A stretch of 64,000 nt of DNA from Eledone cirrhosa (Eukaryota): contig OZ024740.1 in assembly GCA_964016885.1 (NCBI GenBank), positions 21,328,001-21,392,000 on the forward strand, given 5' to 3'. The notes beneath the pieces are model-generated. The model searched no databases and had not been told where the DNA came from. It saw only the letters and a program-made list of their open reading frames with translations. Shown one piece after another: positions 41,393-55,082 of the stretch (position 1 is its first letter; every line of letters begins with the position of its first letter). The translations under genes were made by a program, and so were the position numbers.

Positions 41393-41707
41393 AGTGTGTA
41401 TGTGTGTGAGAGAGAAAGAGAGCATGTATACAAACTTACATACACTTGTGTATGTGTGGGTGTAGCCCCAGAATGATGAAGTGTGCAATACGTATATTTC
41501 TAATATATTAATCCCGATTTGTTCTTTCTTAGAGAATTAAAATTTACGAAAAGAAAATATCAGAACTTTTTCTTAACAAACAAAAATAGAAAATCACTTT
41601 TCAAATGTTTGATTCAAAATATTTTACTCCTCACAAAACACATACATACATACATACATACATACATACATACATACATACATACATACATACACACATA
41701 CATACAC

Positions 41708-41792
<85 letters not shown>

Positions 41793-42494
41793 TACATACA
41801 TACATACACACACACACAAACACATACATACACACACGCATACATACATGATGGCTGCCCTCTCGTTATCGAGTATGGCCATTGCACGATATAACATTAT
41901 TAATTATTATTAATTAATGCCATCATGTGCGTGAAGATATTTTTTTTAATGAGGAAAGACTGTGCACTGAGCCAATCCCACTCTCTGAGCGACAGTAGCT
42001 ATAACCGGAAAACAAGAAAAGATCAACATCATCATTAACTACTGAGGCGCAGGTTTTATATCGGAGTTATCCCAGTTTCCTAAGTTGCCTTCTCCCAGAA
42101 GAATGCCCTGACAAAGACTATGGGTCCTTCACTCCCAGTGGTTTAACCGCGCAATCGGGTGTCCAGCCCCACTATTTCTATGTCCCCGCGCATATACATA
42201 CACATGCACACATGCATATACATATATACACATATATATGTATAGACACATTTACACATTTTTGGATGGCCGTTGACTCTTATGAGTTCTTCCGCCCTTT
42301 TGGCAGGTTTTGTTTTTTGTCCTGCAGGGTGTCCAAAATCACCCTCATCACCAAGTAAACTTGGTGGGGTTGCCGGTTTTGTCGCCCACGACCCGATCAT
42401 GCGACAGGTTGTACATACATACATACATACATACATACATACATACATACATACATACATACATACATACATACATACATACATACGTACGTAC

Positions 42495-43330
42495 ATACAT
42501 AATCAAATTGGTAATCAAAATTGATAATCAAAAGCTCACACCCAGGGAAATCGCCCAGCAGTACCACATGGATGAAAAACTGCATGCTTATTATCAAAAA
42601 ATCATGCATGGATATGTTGCCAGGAAGCTCCGGAGTGAGAGTAATATAGATGAACAAAGTAGTCTATCTTGGACCAACAACCGTTATATTGGCATAAAAA
42701 AGTGACCCTTGTCATAAGCAGCTGTCCAAAGATGTCATCACGGTACTATCTACCTATGACGCATGATGTAGTGGCCAAATCACTGTACAATACAATCCGT
42801 AGAAAAGATAGCCCCGACAATAAACATATTAAAAGTTACAGCAATGTGGAAGATATCTATATACATAATATGAAAGAGTACTGGTGGAATTTTCCAGTAA
42901 AAACCCCAATAAAATGCAAGTATAACAGACCAGATATTATGATATGGGACAGGGAAAAGAAGGCATACACAGTAGTGGAAGTTAGCTGCCCAGCAGATTC
43001 CAATATAATATTAAAGATTAGCGAAAAGGAGAATATCTATGCAGAACTAATGAGGAATCTGCAGATACTCCACCCTGACTATACCTTCAGATTTATGCCT
43101 GTGATTATTGGGGCACTGGGGTATGTTAGTAACTGCCACAGTACAAATCTTGAGAAGCTAGACTTCACAGGAACAGAAAGAACACAACTAGTTAGGAAAT
43201 TACAAGTACAGTCCATTAATGGAACAGTAAAATATGTAAAACATTCCAAAACTTCTGCATCTATTAACTGCATGTGCATATGTACAGATGCAAAGCATAT
43301 GCACCTCCACACGTATAACTCAAAACATCC
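42495..43330 (+). mobile_element. 5'-truncated non-LTR retrotransposon with restriction-like endonuclease (R4/Dong-like)
   Basis: VISSCP..Y..HDVVAK zinc-knuckle remnant, NRPDIMIWDR..VVEVSCPAD, EK..Y..L, MPVIIGALG; abuts a (TACA)n tract. Confidence 0.85.
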
Positions 43331-43479
43331 ACATCCACACATACAATAACATCCATACCTACACATGCATGCAGACATATGTAACAAGTTGATGTTGTGT
43401 ACATTCCAATGAAAGAGTCTTGTATCTATGTTAGAAACCGACTCTCTATTATTATAAAAAGCAGCTTTTTCTACAACTT

Positions 43480-43829
43480 CAACTGGGATCATCTTCAACC
43501 TCATCTCTTCCACTTCTAAAACAACTTATTCATTTGTAGGATGCTGATTTCTTTGGGGCATTCTCCCCATAAACTTGGTCAAGAGTGTCAATAATTTGTC
43601 TGCTCTTCCACCCTAGCTTCGCCATGAATTTGATGTTTTGATGGAGGCCATGTTGCTTGAGTGGGTGCTGACTTCCGACTGGCGGCCCCACGTTGCAACA
43701 CGAATTTCAGGGTTTATATTAGAACATTATAACACGTTAGTACGAGAACGTACAGGTTCATTGAGATCTAAATCCTTGCATGTGATTTTTAGCTATGTAC
43801 TTTTTCCATGAATTTTTTGAAGCTCCTTG
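43480..43829 (-). mobile_element. mariner (Hsmar2/irritans-like) 5' fragment
   Basis: TIR TA-CAAGGAGCTTCAAAAAATTCATGGAAAAAG; HTH remnant NIKFMAKLGWKSRQIIDTLDQVYGENAPKKSASYK*ISCFRSGRDEVEDDP at 43484-43637, not shown in this frame in the ORF track. Confidence 0.8.
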
Positions 43830-44430
43830 TATTTTGTTTCGTATCTGATCAATACAGTGTCAACCTCGAGATTTTACGCGTATCTTCCTGAATACAAGAC
43901 ATCTGAGGTGAACGCCGACAGGTAATCATAACCTGTGTACTGGATTTGACAAAATATGCAGGGCAATGATGTAAATTATTATGACACCTGTGACAAACCT
44001 GACAAAATATTTGGTCAAATTGCGATGTATGTGTATGCGTGTGTATTTGTGTGTGTTGTATGTGTGCGTGTATGTGTGTGAGTATTTGTGTCTGTGTTAA
44101 TATGTGTGTGTTTATGTGTGTGTGCGTGTATGTATGTGTGTATGTGTGTGTATGTATTTGTGTGTGTGTGTGTGTGTGTGTAAGATTGGTGTAAATGGGA
44201 ATGTTTCCATCTATTAATATCAGTATGTGAGTGTGTGTGTATGTTTGTGTGTGTGTGTGGGTGTGTGTTTGTGTATGCGTGTTTGTGTATGTGTGTCTGT
44301 GTGTGTGTGTGTTTGAGTGTGTATGTGTATGTGTGTGTGTTTGTGTGTGTCTCTGTGTGTTTGTGTGCGTGTGTGTATGTGTGTATGTGTTTGAGTGTGT
44401 GTATGTATGTGTGTGTTTGTGTGTGTTTGA

Positions 44431-44462
<32 letters not shown>

Positions 44463-44660
44463 GTGTGTGTGTTTGTGTGTGTCTCTGTGTGTGTCTCTGT
44501 GTGTTTGTGTGTGTGTCTGTGTGTGTAACATTAGTGTGGTGTGGAACGGAATGTTTGCGCCTTCTACAGTTAGTAAACAATGAAGGTAAAGAAAACAATT
44601 ATGTCAGTGTGGATGACATGTGTACATATATATACATATATATAGAGAGAGAGAATGAAT

Positions 44661-45402
44661 AATAACAGGTAGACATCATAAAAAGGTAATTTATTCCGTG
44701 TGCTTACAAATGTTTCCACGGTGATTATACAGCCTAGTTATGCTGTGCAAATTTATGACTGTTTGCAAAACTCAATTATCAAATGCTCTTACCACTGTTT
44801 TCCTCAGAGCAGAATGGTTAAAATGTAAAATGTAAATACCCTTAAGGGAAGTTATTGGGGAAGATAGAGTAGAAAAGGAAGAGAGAAAGAAGGGGTGAGG
44901 GAGAGAAAGAGAGAGATATACAGCTCTCTCTCTCTCTCTCTCTCGCCCTCGATCCACCTCCCTCCCTCTCCACATCTATGAACCTGCCCTCTGTGGCAAT
45001 AAATAATTCCAACCTTAACTATCAACGCATCGCTTAAGGTTGTCGCTTTGAGAGTAACCAGTATAATAAAACCCCTACTACAACATTTTGATTAAGATAT
45101 CTGTATTCTACAAACCACTCTCTCCCATTTCTCCAACCCCTGCATATCTCTCTCTTTCTCCCTCTCCCCTTCTTTCTCTCTTCTTTTTCTACTCTATCTT
45201 CCCCAATAACTTCAATTAAGGGTATTTACATTTTACATTTTAACCATTCTGCTCTGAGGAAAACAGTGGTCACAGCATTTGATAATTGAGTTTTGCAAAC
45301 AGTCATAAATTTGCACATAGCATAACTAGGCTGTATAACCACCGTAGAAACATTTGTAAGCACACGGAATAAATTACCTTTTTATGATGTCTACCTGTTA
45401 TT
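44661..45402. mobile_element. non-coding fold-back with long-stem-II hammerheads
   Basis: Arms ~44661-44925 and ~45140-45402; tail to ~45555 on the right only. Confidence 0.88.
45250..45362 (+). ncRNA. hammerhead motif with ~85-nt stem II region (mirror ~44701-44811)
   Basis: TGCT-CTGAGGA-AAACAGTGGT...ACCACCGTA-GAAA-CATTTG-TA-AGCA. Confidence 0.65.
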
Positions 45403-45554
45403 ACACTCCGGATTACAGAAGGATCAGGAACTGAGTTTCTTCAACTATTTTTCCATAACTCGTTGAGTAACCCCTCACCATACGTCAACCCTATCCAGTG
45501 TAGTAATTAACCATTACTGCATTCAGGATAATCCTAAGCATTTCTTGCATAAAC

Positions 45555-45616
<62 letters not shown>

Positions 45617-45643
45617 TATATATGTATATATATATACACACAC

Positions 45644-45674
<31 letters not shown>

Positions 45675-45712
45675 CACACACACATATATATATATGTATA
45701 TATATATATATA

Positions 45713-45780
<68 letters not shown>

Positions 45781-47107
45781 TGTTTCGATCTTACCCGACT
45801 CAATAATCGGCAGCTCGACGGACCCTTTAATATGGTATAAGAAAATGAATACATGCTATATGATAAAGTCAGAAGTTCATAAGTTGTACAATATGAGTTT
45901 GTTTTGATTGGTGAAAAAGATCATAGAGATGTATTGGCCTGTAGTGTATATGGGGGTGGATGTGATGATAAGATGGTGGTGACCGTCGCTGACTGGCATG
46001 GGTTGGTGTGGGGGTGGCGGATTGTCGGTAGACAGGTTGGCGTATATTTTTGGCTGGTTATTGTGTGGGATGTAGTTGTGGTGTTGTTGTTTATGGTAGT
46101 GGCGTTTGTGGTGGTGTGGTGGATGTGTTGGTGGTGTCAAGTCCATGGGGAGGTACATATCTAGACACTCTTAGTCTGACAAATACGTTGTATATATATA
46201 TATATATAAAGGTTCACATATACATAAAGTTATATATGTTACAACCGGTCACTTTGTGGCTCTATGAAGAATTAATAAATTAAATAATCAGAGCAATATA
46301 TCATAAATCATGTCTATAGAATTATTAGATAAATAAAATATATATCATTTCCTCTGCCAATCAGCATAATTAATCATATAAACAAAATCAATTAGACCAA
46401 GCTATAAGGATAAAGGCTCCTATGAAGAAATCTCCGATAGATTATTTATCCAACATTTCGACAGCATGTAGAAACTGACCAAATATACAATCAACCATAC
46501 ATAATTTGGTGTAAATTCAAACTTAAAAGAAATGTGTACATACCGTAACTATAGTCTCTACCATGGTTTCATCCGTATTTTTAGATATCCAATTAATAGG
46601 AAATCCACAGAGTTCGGATTCATCAGGAGACAAACTCAAAAATAGACACTTAGTATTCCAAAGCGATCGCGCCAAAATTAGATTCGAAAACGGCTTAGAA
46701 TCACAATATGACCGTGGTCAAGTTGGAAAGAATGTGATTGGTTGCTTACGGCGGGTAGGCTTGCTGCTAGAAAGCATATATATATATATATATATGCGCA
46801 TATGTACTGACATATATACATACACATCTGTATACACACACATACACGCGCCCACATACATCCACACGTACATATATCTATATACACACACATATATATG
46901 CTCATGCAAGCGTGTGGATATATAGAGAGGGGGAGTATCAGTGGGGATGGCGTAGTACAAAGATAGAGGGAGGGTGAGAGCCAAGGGAGATGGTGTTGTA
47001 CATATAGGCATACACATACATACACATACACATATAGATATACACACATACACGTACACACAGATATACACATACATATATATATATACACAAACACACA
47101 TATATAC

Positions 47108-47227
<120 letters not shown>

Positions 47228-47337
47228 TATTTTCCGTTGTGTTGTAATATAAATATTACACACAGTAGATTATCAGCTCACGTAGAGTTTGCTCGACGGT
47301 TCCAGTTGTAGTTCCAAAAGTAATCCGGAGAAAAATA

Positions 47338-48302
47338 GAAAGATTTGAATGGATACAGTTTAGTTGAAAGGAATTTATTGACACGTGTTTCTATAACAGT
47401 TACGTAACCTAAAACAGCTGCTATCTACAAACTTTTAGTTATGCAGACATTCAATATTTCAATGTTATTATTTACTGTCATTTCATCAGAATAATATTAC
47501 TGAGGACCTATTTAGTTTTTATAGAGAATATTAGGAGGGAGGGGTGAAGTTGTTAGAAGAATAGTTGAAGGAGTGGTTTTTCGATAGCAGTGAGAATTCT
47601 TGGTGGCAGTGAGTAATTAGATTCCCATCTGTTGTTTTGACATTTTTTATAGAATATATTATTGGTTATTTTTCTAAATCTATAGAAGGATTAGAGATAG
47701 TAAAGATATGCGTGGTTGGTTTTGTGTTTGCACTTAATTAACATTCAGACTTAAATTTTTCTTTCAAGTGTAAGTATCCTTTCACACACGCATTCACACA
47801 TGTGTGTGAATGCGTGTGTGAAACACATGTGTGAAACACATATGTGTGAATGCGTGTGTGAAAGGATACTTACACTTGAAAGAAAAATTTAAGTCTGAAT
47901 GTTAATTAAGTGCAAACACAAAACCAACCACGCATATCTTTACTATCTCTAATCCTTCTATAGATTTAGAAAAATAACCAATAATATATTCTATAAAAAA
48001 TGTCAAAACAACAGATGGGAATCTAATTACTCACTGCCACCAAGAATTCTCACTGCTATCGAAAAACCACTCCTTCAACTATTCTTCTAACAACTTCACC
48101 CCTCCCTCCTAATATTCTCTATAAAAACTAAATAGGTCCTCAGTAATATTATTCTGATGAAATGACAGTAAATAATAACATTGAAATATTGAATGTCTGC
48201 ATAACTAAAAGTTTGTAGATAGCAGCTGTTTTAGGTTACGTAACTGTTATAGAAACACGTGTCAATAAATTCCTTTCAACTAAACTGTATCCATTCAAAT
48301 CT

Positions 48303-48305
<3 letters not shown>
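47338..48305. mobile_element. near-perfect ~970-bp fold-back with long-stem-II hammerheads
   Basis: Arms ~47338-47800 and ~47843-48305; the centre has small duplicated palindromes; tail 47225-47338 on the left only. Confidence 0.9.
48149..48268 (+). ncRNA. hammerhead motif with ~90-nt stem II region (mirror 47375-47494)
   Basis: TTATT-CTGATGA-AATGACAGT...ACTGTTATA-GAAA-CACGTG-TC-AATAA. Confidence 0.75.
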
Positions 48306-48345
<40 letters not shown>

Positions 48346-49204
48346 TACACATACGCACACATATATAAAATACTTACACACAGACACACACACTTGCGTT
48401 GGTTCGAGAGGGAAGGTATGTGTTGGCGATGTTAATGAAGTTAATGAGTGTTGAGGGATGGAGTTGTGTCTTGTGGTGGCGGTCGTGGAGTTGTGAGCGA
48501 CAAACATATACAGGATCGAATAATACGATGGGTTAGAGGTTAAAAGGTGACATAGGGGGAACAAGTTTGTGGACGTATAGCGATGTGTGTTGTGATCATG
48601 GTGGTGGTGGTGGTGATGGGGTGATATGTTCAACAATATGATTACATGATCAGATGTTACGGTGGGTTACAGGGTAAAGCATAGGGAGAGGGCAGATGTA
48701 ACACAATCGTTCTGGGAGTGAGGGATGATATGTGTTGATGATGTTAATGATGTTAGTGATTGTTGAAGTATGTGGATGTATCTAGTGGTGGCGGTGGTGG
48801 TGTGTGCGACAGTACATTTACAGGATCGAATTTTGCGTGGGGTTATAGGTTAGGGTAGACAGAGGGAACATGGAGGAGTAAGGTTGCAGGTGTGGAATGG
48901 TAGACATATAACGGTGTGTGCGGTGGTGGTGGTGGGGATGGGGTGATATGATCGGATGTTACTATGGTTTGTAAGGTAAAACCTGACAGAGAGGACAGAT
49001 AGAACACAATGTTGCAAGGATGAGGGGTGTATGGCGATGTGACGTTTGGTGGGGGTGATGTATGCGGCATTATATACAAGATACGGGCTTACAAATAGTT
49101 ACATGCAATACAATAAAATAAATTCACTGAGATGAGGGATGGTGAGACGGGGCACAGGTGGTTATTATTATGCTGGGTCATGGTTAGTGTGCAGTCATGG
49201 TTAG

Positions 49205-49385
49205 CCTGACACAGAACGTGACAAGACTGGCCCTTCGGGTTACCGGTACAACTCCTTTGTTCCAGCTGAGTGGACTGGAATAACGTAAAAAAAAGTGTCT
49301 TGGTCAAGTACACAATGCGCCGCCGCGATTCGAACTCATGACCTTACGATTATGAGCCGAATACCCTAAGCACAAACCGCCTTCA
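49205..49385 (-). mobile_element. CORE-type tRNA SINE
   Basis: Reverse strand has B box GAGTTCGAATCG followed by TTGTGTACTTGACCAAGACACTT. Confidence 0.6.
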
Positions 49386-49470
49386 CAGATGCACAACCGA
49401 CTCGTTAAATCAACGTGTAAGTGACTGACTATTCCAGGGACATTATATATATATATATACATATATATAT

Positions 49471-49527
<57 letters not shown>

Positions 49528-50335
49528 CATGTATACGCACATACATATATGTATACAGACGTACAGTAGTATGTATATACATACATACATGCACACATAC
49601 ATATATGTACGTATGGATTCACCGAACACTTATTATAATGCTCGGTGTGTCTGTAAACAAACAGCCCGAATTAAGCCGTACAGTGTTCGGCAACCATCGT
49701 TGCCCTTTTGTTCAACGCTGACAAAGGAACGATGAAGTAGTTTCCAGCTTATCAGCTGTCATCAGCACCGTACACCTTCCTGTCAGTCGATTGAACGTTT
49801 GAAAGCATATACCCTCCTTATGTATATTAACGACTGAACAGCCTAATTTGCATATCGAGTGAGTTAGTCGGCCGGGCGTACCGAAAACAATAAATGGAAA
49901 AAATGAAATTTCATTTCTCACTCTTAGTACGGTCGACTAACTCACTCGATATGCAAATTAGGCTGCTCAGCCGTTAATATACATAAGGAGGGTATATACT
50001 TTCAAACGTTCAATCGACTGACAGGAAGGTGTACGGTGCTGATGACAGCTGATAAGCTGGAAACTACTTCATCGTTCCTTTGTCAATGTTGAACAAAAGG
50101 GCAACGATGGTTGCCGAACACTGTACGGCTTAATTCGGGCTGTTTGTTTACAGACACACCGAGCATTATAATAAATGTTCGGTAAATCCATACGTACATA
50201 TATGTATGTGTGCATGTATGTATGTATATACATACTACTGTACGTCTGTATACATATATATGTGCGTATACATGCTTATATTTAAGTATCAGCCGTACTA
50301 AGAGTGAGAAATTAAATTTCATTTTTTCCATTTAT
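49528..50335. mobile_element. non-coding fold-back with hammerheads (50035-50073 plus; ~49730-49768 minus)
   Basis: Arms ~49528-49870 and ~49935-50275; GGTG-CTGATGA-CAGCT-GATA-AGCTG-GAAA-CTAC-TT-CATC. Confidence 0.88.
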
Positions 50336-50439
50336 ATATATATAGTCGATCAACTTTCGTCAAATCGGACTGAGGAAACAATGTTTCCGTTGGTCTTTCC
50401 AATTGCTATTACTTTTTATCGGTCGCAACTCCAGGTAGA

Positions 50440-50560
50440 AGGAACAACGTGAAATAAAGTGTCTTGCTCAAGGACACAAAGCATCGCGCGGTTTGGGAAT
50501 TGAACTCACAACCTCACGATTGTGAATCCAAATCTCTAACCACTCAGCCAGGCGCCTCCA
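50440..50560 (-). mobile_element. CORE-type tRNA SINE
   Basis: Reverse strand: GGCGCCTGGCTGAGTGGTTAGAG...GAGTTCAATTCC...TTGTGTCCTTGAGCAAGACACTTTATTTC. Confidence 0.7.
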
Positions 50561-50967
50561 CATGTCCAGGGACATGTCTACCTTTAAAGTATTTTCTAAA
50601 GAGATTCAGCTTTACAGTGTGACAAAGCTGGTCGTTTGAGCTACTAACATAATCCAGCCTACAGACTTTCAAATAAGTTCTGTATAAACAACTTTACTCA
50701 CAAGGAGTCTACCTGTAGTTAATTTAAAGTTACTTGGCCAAGATGCCAGCCAACGTGCTCAAACTCAGAACCTCATGATTGCGAAGCAAACTTTTTAGTC
50801 ATTCTACCATGCTTCCATTAAAGTGATTAAGTAGCAAAAGGAAAACAGTCAATCCAACTAAAATAAGAGGCAAGACATTTTAAAATAAGTTGGATTTAAA
50901 ATATTTGGTGAGAACAATAATGGAAGAGGTGCGATGAAAGAAAGAAGAAGAATGTCGGACTGCACTA

Positions 50968-51297
50968 GAAGGGTTGGCTGAAAGGTTCATAGGCTGACCA
51001 AGATACTCTCATGGAATGACCAAATGAGGTTTATTTTTTTTAACACAGTCCCTGGAAAGAAACAATGTAGTTATCAATAAGAAGAGTTGAAATTAATGCA
51101 TGCAAGATTTCACAGTTCTAGCATCCCTGCTTCATAGTCAGCTTATGACCAAGATACTCTCAGGGAATGTTCAAACGAGGTTTATGTTTCAACATAGTCC
51201 CTGGAGAGAAACAATGTTGTTATCAATAAGAAGAGTTGAAATTATTGCATGCATCAATCCTTCATAGTCAGCCTATGAATTTTTCAGCCGACCCTCG
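50968..51297. mobile_element. mariner-type MITE with an internal tandem duplication
   Basis: TA-GAAGGGTTGGCTGAAAGGTTCATAGGCTGAC...GTCAGCCTATGAATTTTTCAGCCGACCCTCG-TA; ~50995-51105 is repeated at ~51147-51252. Confidence 0.75.
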
Positions 51298-51579
51298 TAT
51301 CTATAGCGGCCATAGCAAAATTAAACCTTGTTTAGAAAAATAAAATGATAACATTGCCAACAAATCTGTTTTTATTTTTGTTTTGTAATAGTTTAAAGAT
51401 ATTTGAGAATGTCTGAAAACCTCACTGGTTTGTGTTGATTCTTACGTCATAATAGATGCTTTTTTCGAAAAATTGGATGGCGTTATCAATTTTGATTCTA
51501 ACAGAGTTCCTTAGATTTCTTTAAGTATTGACTTCAATTGATAACACCTTTTGGTTCGATTCTTTTTTTCACGAAAATC

Positions 51580-52842
51580 ATGAAGCATATATTGGATGCA
51601 TTACTTTGCTGGGAGAAAGGAGATTACACTGGTTTGTTTGACTTAATGCGAATATTGAGTCAAAAACTGGATACAGTTATTGATAATTTACAAATGGATG
51701 TCACCAGAGATGTTTTCTCTAACCAAACCATTTTCATGGAGAACGAATTTGAAAGCGCTGAATTACAAGATCTGTTTATTGCTTTAAAAATTGTAATGTA
51801 TTGCAATCCACCTTCTGAATCCGACGAGGAACTAGCAGTTTTAGCTTCTGCTAATAACAATGGAGATGTTTCAACTAACAGCCAGACGATCTTTCCAGTT
51901 GATATGAAAGGACCGCTTGCAAGTGAGCAAAATGAAGACGGCAATATGGATTATTTCAATAAAGTTTTACTGGGCGACAGCCAAAACATTTGCGGGTTAG
52001 TTTATCACGATAATCAAACACTATTAAATATGCTGGAAAATACAATTACTGCAAACTTGACCCGAAGAAAACATGCCTTTTGGCACACTTTGAAAAATTT
52101 CTACCAAGCTGAACATCATGTACATTGGAGCAACGCTAAACCGGCTCTTCTTCATCCAATAATGGCATCCAAAAACGGAAAGGAAAAATGGCCTGCAATA
52201 AAGAAGTTAGCTGAAAGACTTACCTCCCTTTGCTTCAAAGCTGAAGCCATAATCTTACTGAACAAAGCAAAAAGAAGCGCAAGTAAGTTCAAAGAAATTG
52301 ACCTAAAAATGCTTAAACTATTTGAGAATAGCAGTCACAACAAGGAACAGTTTAGAAAACTCACCGAAATTTGGAAAGCGAAAACAAATGCTGAGGAAGT
52401 GACGTCATTTTTTATTCTCAATTCTAAAAAACTTTATTACGAATCGAATCGATGGTCCTGTTTCGCTTCTCATATGAATAGTTACATTTCTACGAGCAGA
52501 TGCAGTGGGCGTATTAATCTTGAACCGAAACCCACTGGCAAGAAAGAAGATTCAAAATGGCTTGTTAATTTGGCAGAGAACCCCGCCAAAAATTCCGTTA
52601 TTAACGACACACTTGATAAACAGTCAGCATCTTTGAAAAAAATTAATTTTCAGAATTGCAATCTTTCAAAACATTTACACTCGAAACCCATCATGTCTCG
52701 AAGTCAACCGTTAAGTCAGAACCGTACAAAGGAAGACATTTTCCCCCTCTGCTCCGTTTTAAATCGAAGATTTCAACGAAACGAAAAAGATAAAGAGATA
52801 AGAATGCAAACCGGAAGTTGGAGATTCTTCCCTGAAGTATAA
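51580..52842 (+). CDS. uninterrupted 420-aa protein of unknown function
   Basis: First ATG in context AAAATCATGA; non-repetitive; no TE motifs recognised; candidate acceptor TTTTGTAATAG at ~51391 and AATAAA at 52924. Confidence 0.68.
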   Translation: MKHILDALLCWEKGDYTGLFDLMRILSQKLDTVIDNLQMDVTRDVFSNQTIFMENEFESAELQDLFIALKIVMYCNPPSESDEELAVLASANNNGDVSTNSQTIFPVDMKGPLASEQNEDGNMDYFNKVLLGDSQNICGLVYHDNQTLLNMLENTITANLTRRKHAFWHTLKNFYQAEHHVHWSNAKPALLHPIMASKNGKEKWPAIKKLAERLTSLCFKAEAIILLNKAKRSASKFKEIDLKMLKLFENSSHNKEQFRKLTEIWKAKTNAEEVTSFFILNSKKLYYESNRWSCFASHMNSYISTSRCSGRINLEPKPTGKKEDSKWLVNLAENPAKNSVINDTLDKQSASLKKINFQNCNLSKHLHSKPIMSRSQPLSQNRTKEDIFPLCSVLNRRFQRNEKDKEIRMQTGSWRFFPEV

Positions 52843-52988
52843 ATTTATTTTGTTTCTCCGTATCAAAGGTCAAAGGTGGAAGTATTTTTTGTGATTCGTG
52901 CCGTTCTTTGTATGCGTATTTGAAATAAACAAGATAGTGCAGTTAGAAAGAGAATATAAATAATGAGGATGATAATGATAATAATAAT

Positions 52989-53076
<88 letters not shown>

Positions 53077-54107
53077 TCAGAGAAGAATATTGAAAGGTAG
53101 AGCGACAAGGATATGAGCATTGTTTGTATTTTTACTTTTATCAATTAGTTTTAATGTAAGTAAAGAAAGAAAGTCACTTTGCAGGATTGGTAGAGCGTCG
53201 GACAAAATGCTTTGCAGTATTTAGTTACGTCCCTTTACCGTCCTGTTATCAATTCCCGTTGAGGTTAACTTTATCTTTCATTCTTCCGGGGTCGATACAA
53301 TTGACTTCGCTTTCTGTCGAGGACTTTAGACTTTGTAAGAAATCAATATGACTGATGAACAACTAAGACCATTACAGGACATACTTTAAAAAAAGATACA
53401 TATACATAAATATATGGTGACTATCTCGCCACCCTATCAGGGATTTGACCTACAGCGATACTTTCTCTAACAGTATCACAGACAAATAAGCGTCAAATTC
53501 AGACTTCATTGTCTATAGCAGTAGTAGTAGTAGTAGTTGTTGTTGTTATAGTTGATGTAGTTGTTATTGTTGCTATTGTAGTACTGGAGAAATGGTTAAG
53601 GCTAATGGTTTGGTAGAAATAAAACAAGACTATAAAACTAATCTATATTAAGAATGGCACTTGTAATTTACTTATCAAATTAAAAAATAAATAACTAAAC
53701 TGCCTCAGTGTGAATGTGTCTGCCAAACATATACATATACAGCAGGTCCGAACACAAAGGAACCAAATCCCCACTGTCATTGCCTCTTCCGCTCTCCCCA
53801 TCCATGGAGGATGGTGAGGGAGACGCGCCGGAAGAGTGATTCCATCTGACAAAGTACCGGCCGCTCTCTGATAGATGTTTTTTGTTGAACACATGGTAAT
53901 TGAAGTTTCTAACACCTTGAGCAAATCCAGAAAGTCACCAAAGGCAGCGTCCTTCCCGCCTTACACTTCTCCCACTCCCTCCTATACATCGTTCAACGTA
54001 TTAGCTCTAACCCTATATATTTTTCCAAGTAATTTCCAAATTTCACTATACTACCTACTGACTCCTTAAACAACCTAAGCTAGCTCCCATTATCTATCAA
54101 CTTATAT

Positions 54108-54293
54108 CGGTGGTTTGGCAGTATCGGTAGAGCGTCAGACGCCATGCTTTGCAGCATAGGATCTATGGTCTTTTACGTTCTGAGTTCAAATCCCGCTGAG
54201 GTTAACTTTGCCTTTCACCTTACGGGGTCGATAAAATAAAGTACCAGTAATGCACTGGGGTAATTTTTGGCCTTGTTCCAAAAGTAGAAACAA
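54108..54293 (+). mobile_element. Nin/Deu-type SINE (degenerate sister at ~53185-53300)
   Basis: Full copy with TSD ATTATCTATCAACTTA. Confidence 0.9.
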
Positions 54294-54405
54294 TTATCTA
54301 TCAACTTACATAAAAGGATAAAAATATTTAGTAAAGTAAATTCTATTTAACTTAGTCGATGAAACACGTGTATCTGGAAGCATGTTCTGTTGACGTAATA
54401 AATAA

Positions 54406-54463
<58 letters not shown>

Positions 54464-54617
54464 AAGATATATATATATATTATATATTATATATTATAAA
54501 GGACGAGGAATCAGTATTGCATCAAATCACAATTTATTAACATATTACATATGTTTCTCCGTCGATCAGCTCGAGGCAGGATCTGTTAAAGATCGAACCC
54601 GTCTCTGCATTCGAAGG

Positions 54618-54749
<132 letters not shown>

Positions 54750-54783
54750 TCATATTACATAATTCAAGCAAACGTAAGCAGTC

Positions 54784-54841
<58 letters not shown>

Positions 54842-54883
54842 GACTGCTTACACACACACATATATACACATATATATATATAT

Positions 54884-54947
<64 letters not shown>

Positions 54948-55082
54948 GCACTCATATGTGTATATATATATATATATTTATGTGTGTGTGGGTGTGTGTA
55001 AGCAGTCATTTATATATATATATATATATATATACATATGACTGCTTACGTTTGCTTGAAGCATTGTGTAATATGAAACAAT

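Noticed and set aside
53643-53990. Host exon or LINE RT remnant on the minus strand
   Set aside because: Only a faint resemblance to RT motifs and no convincing splice sites.
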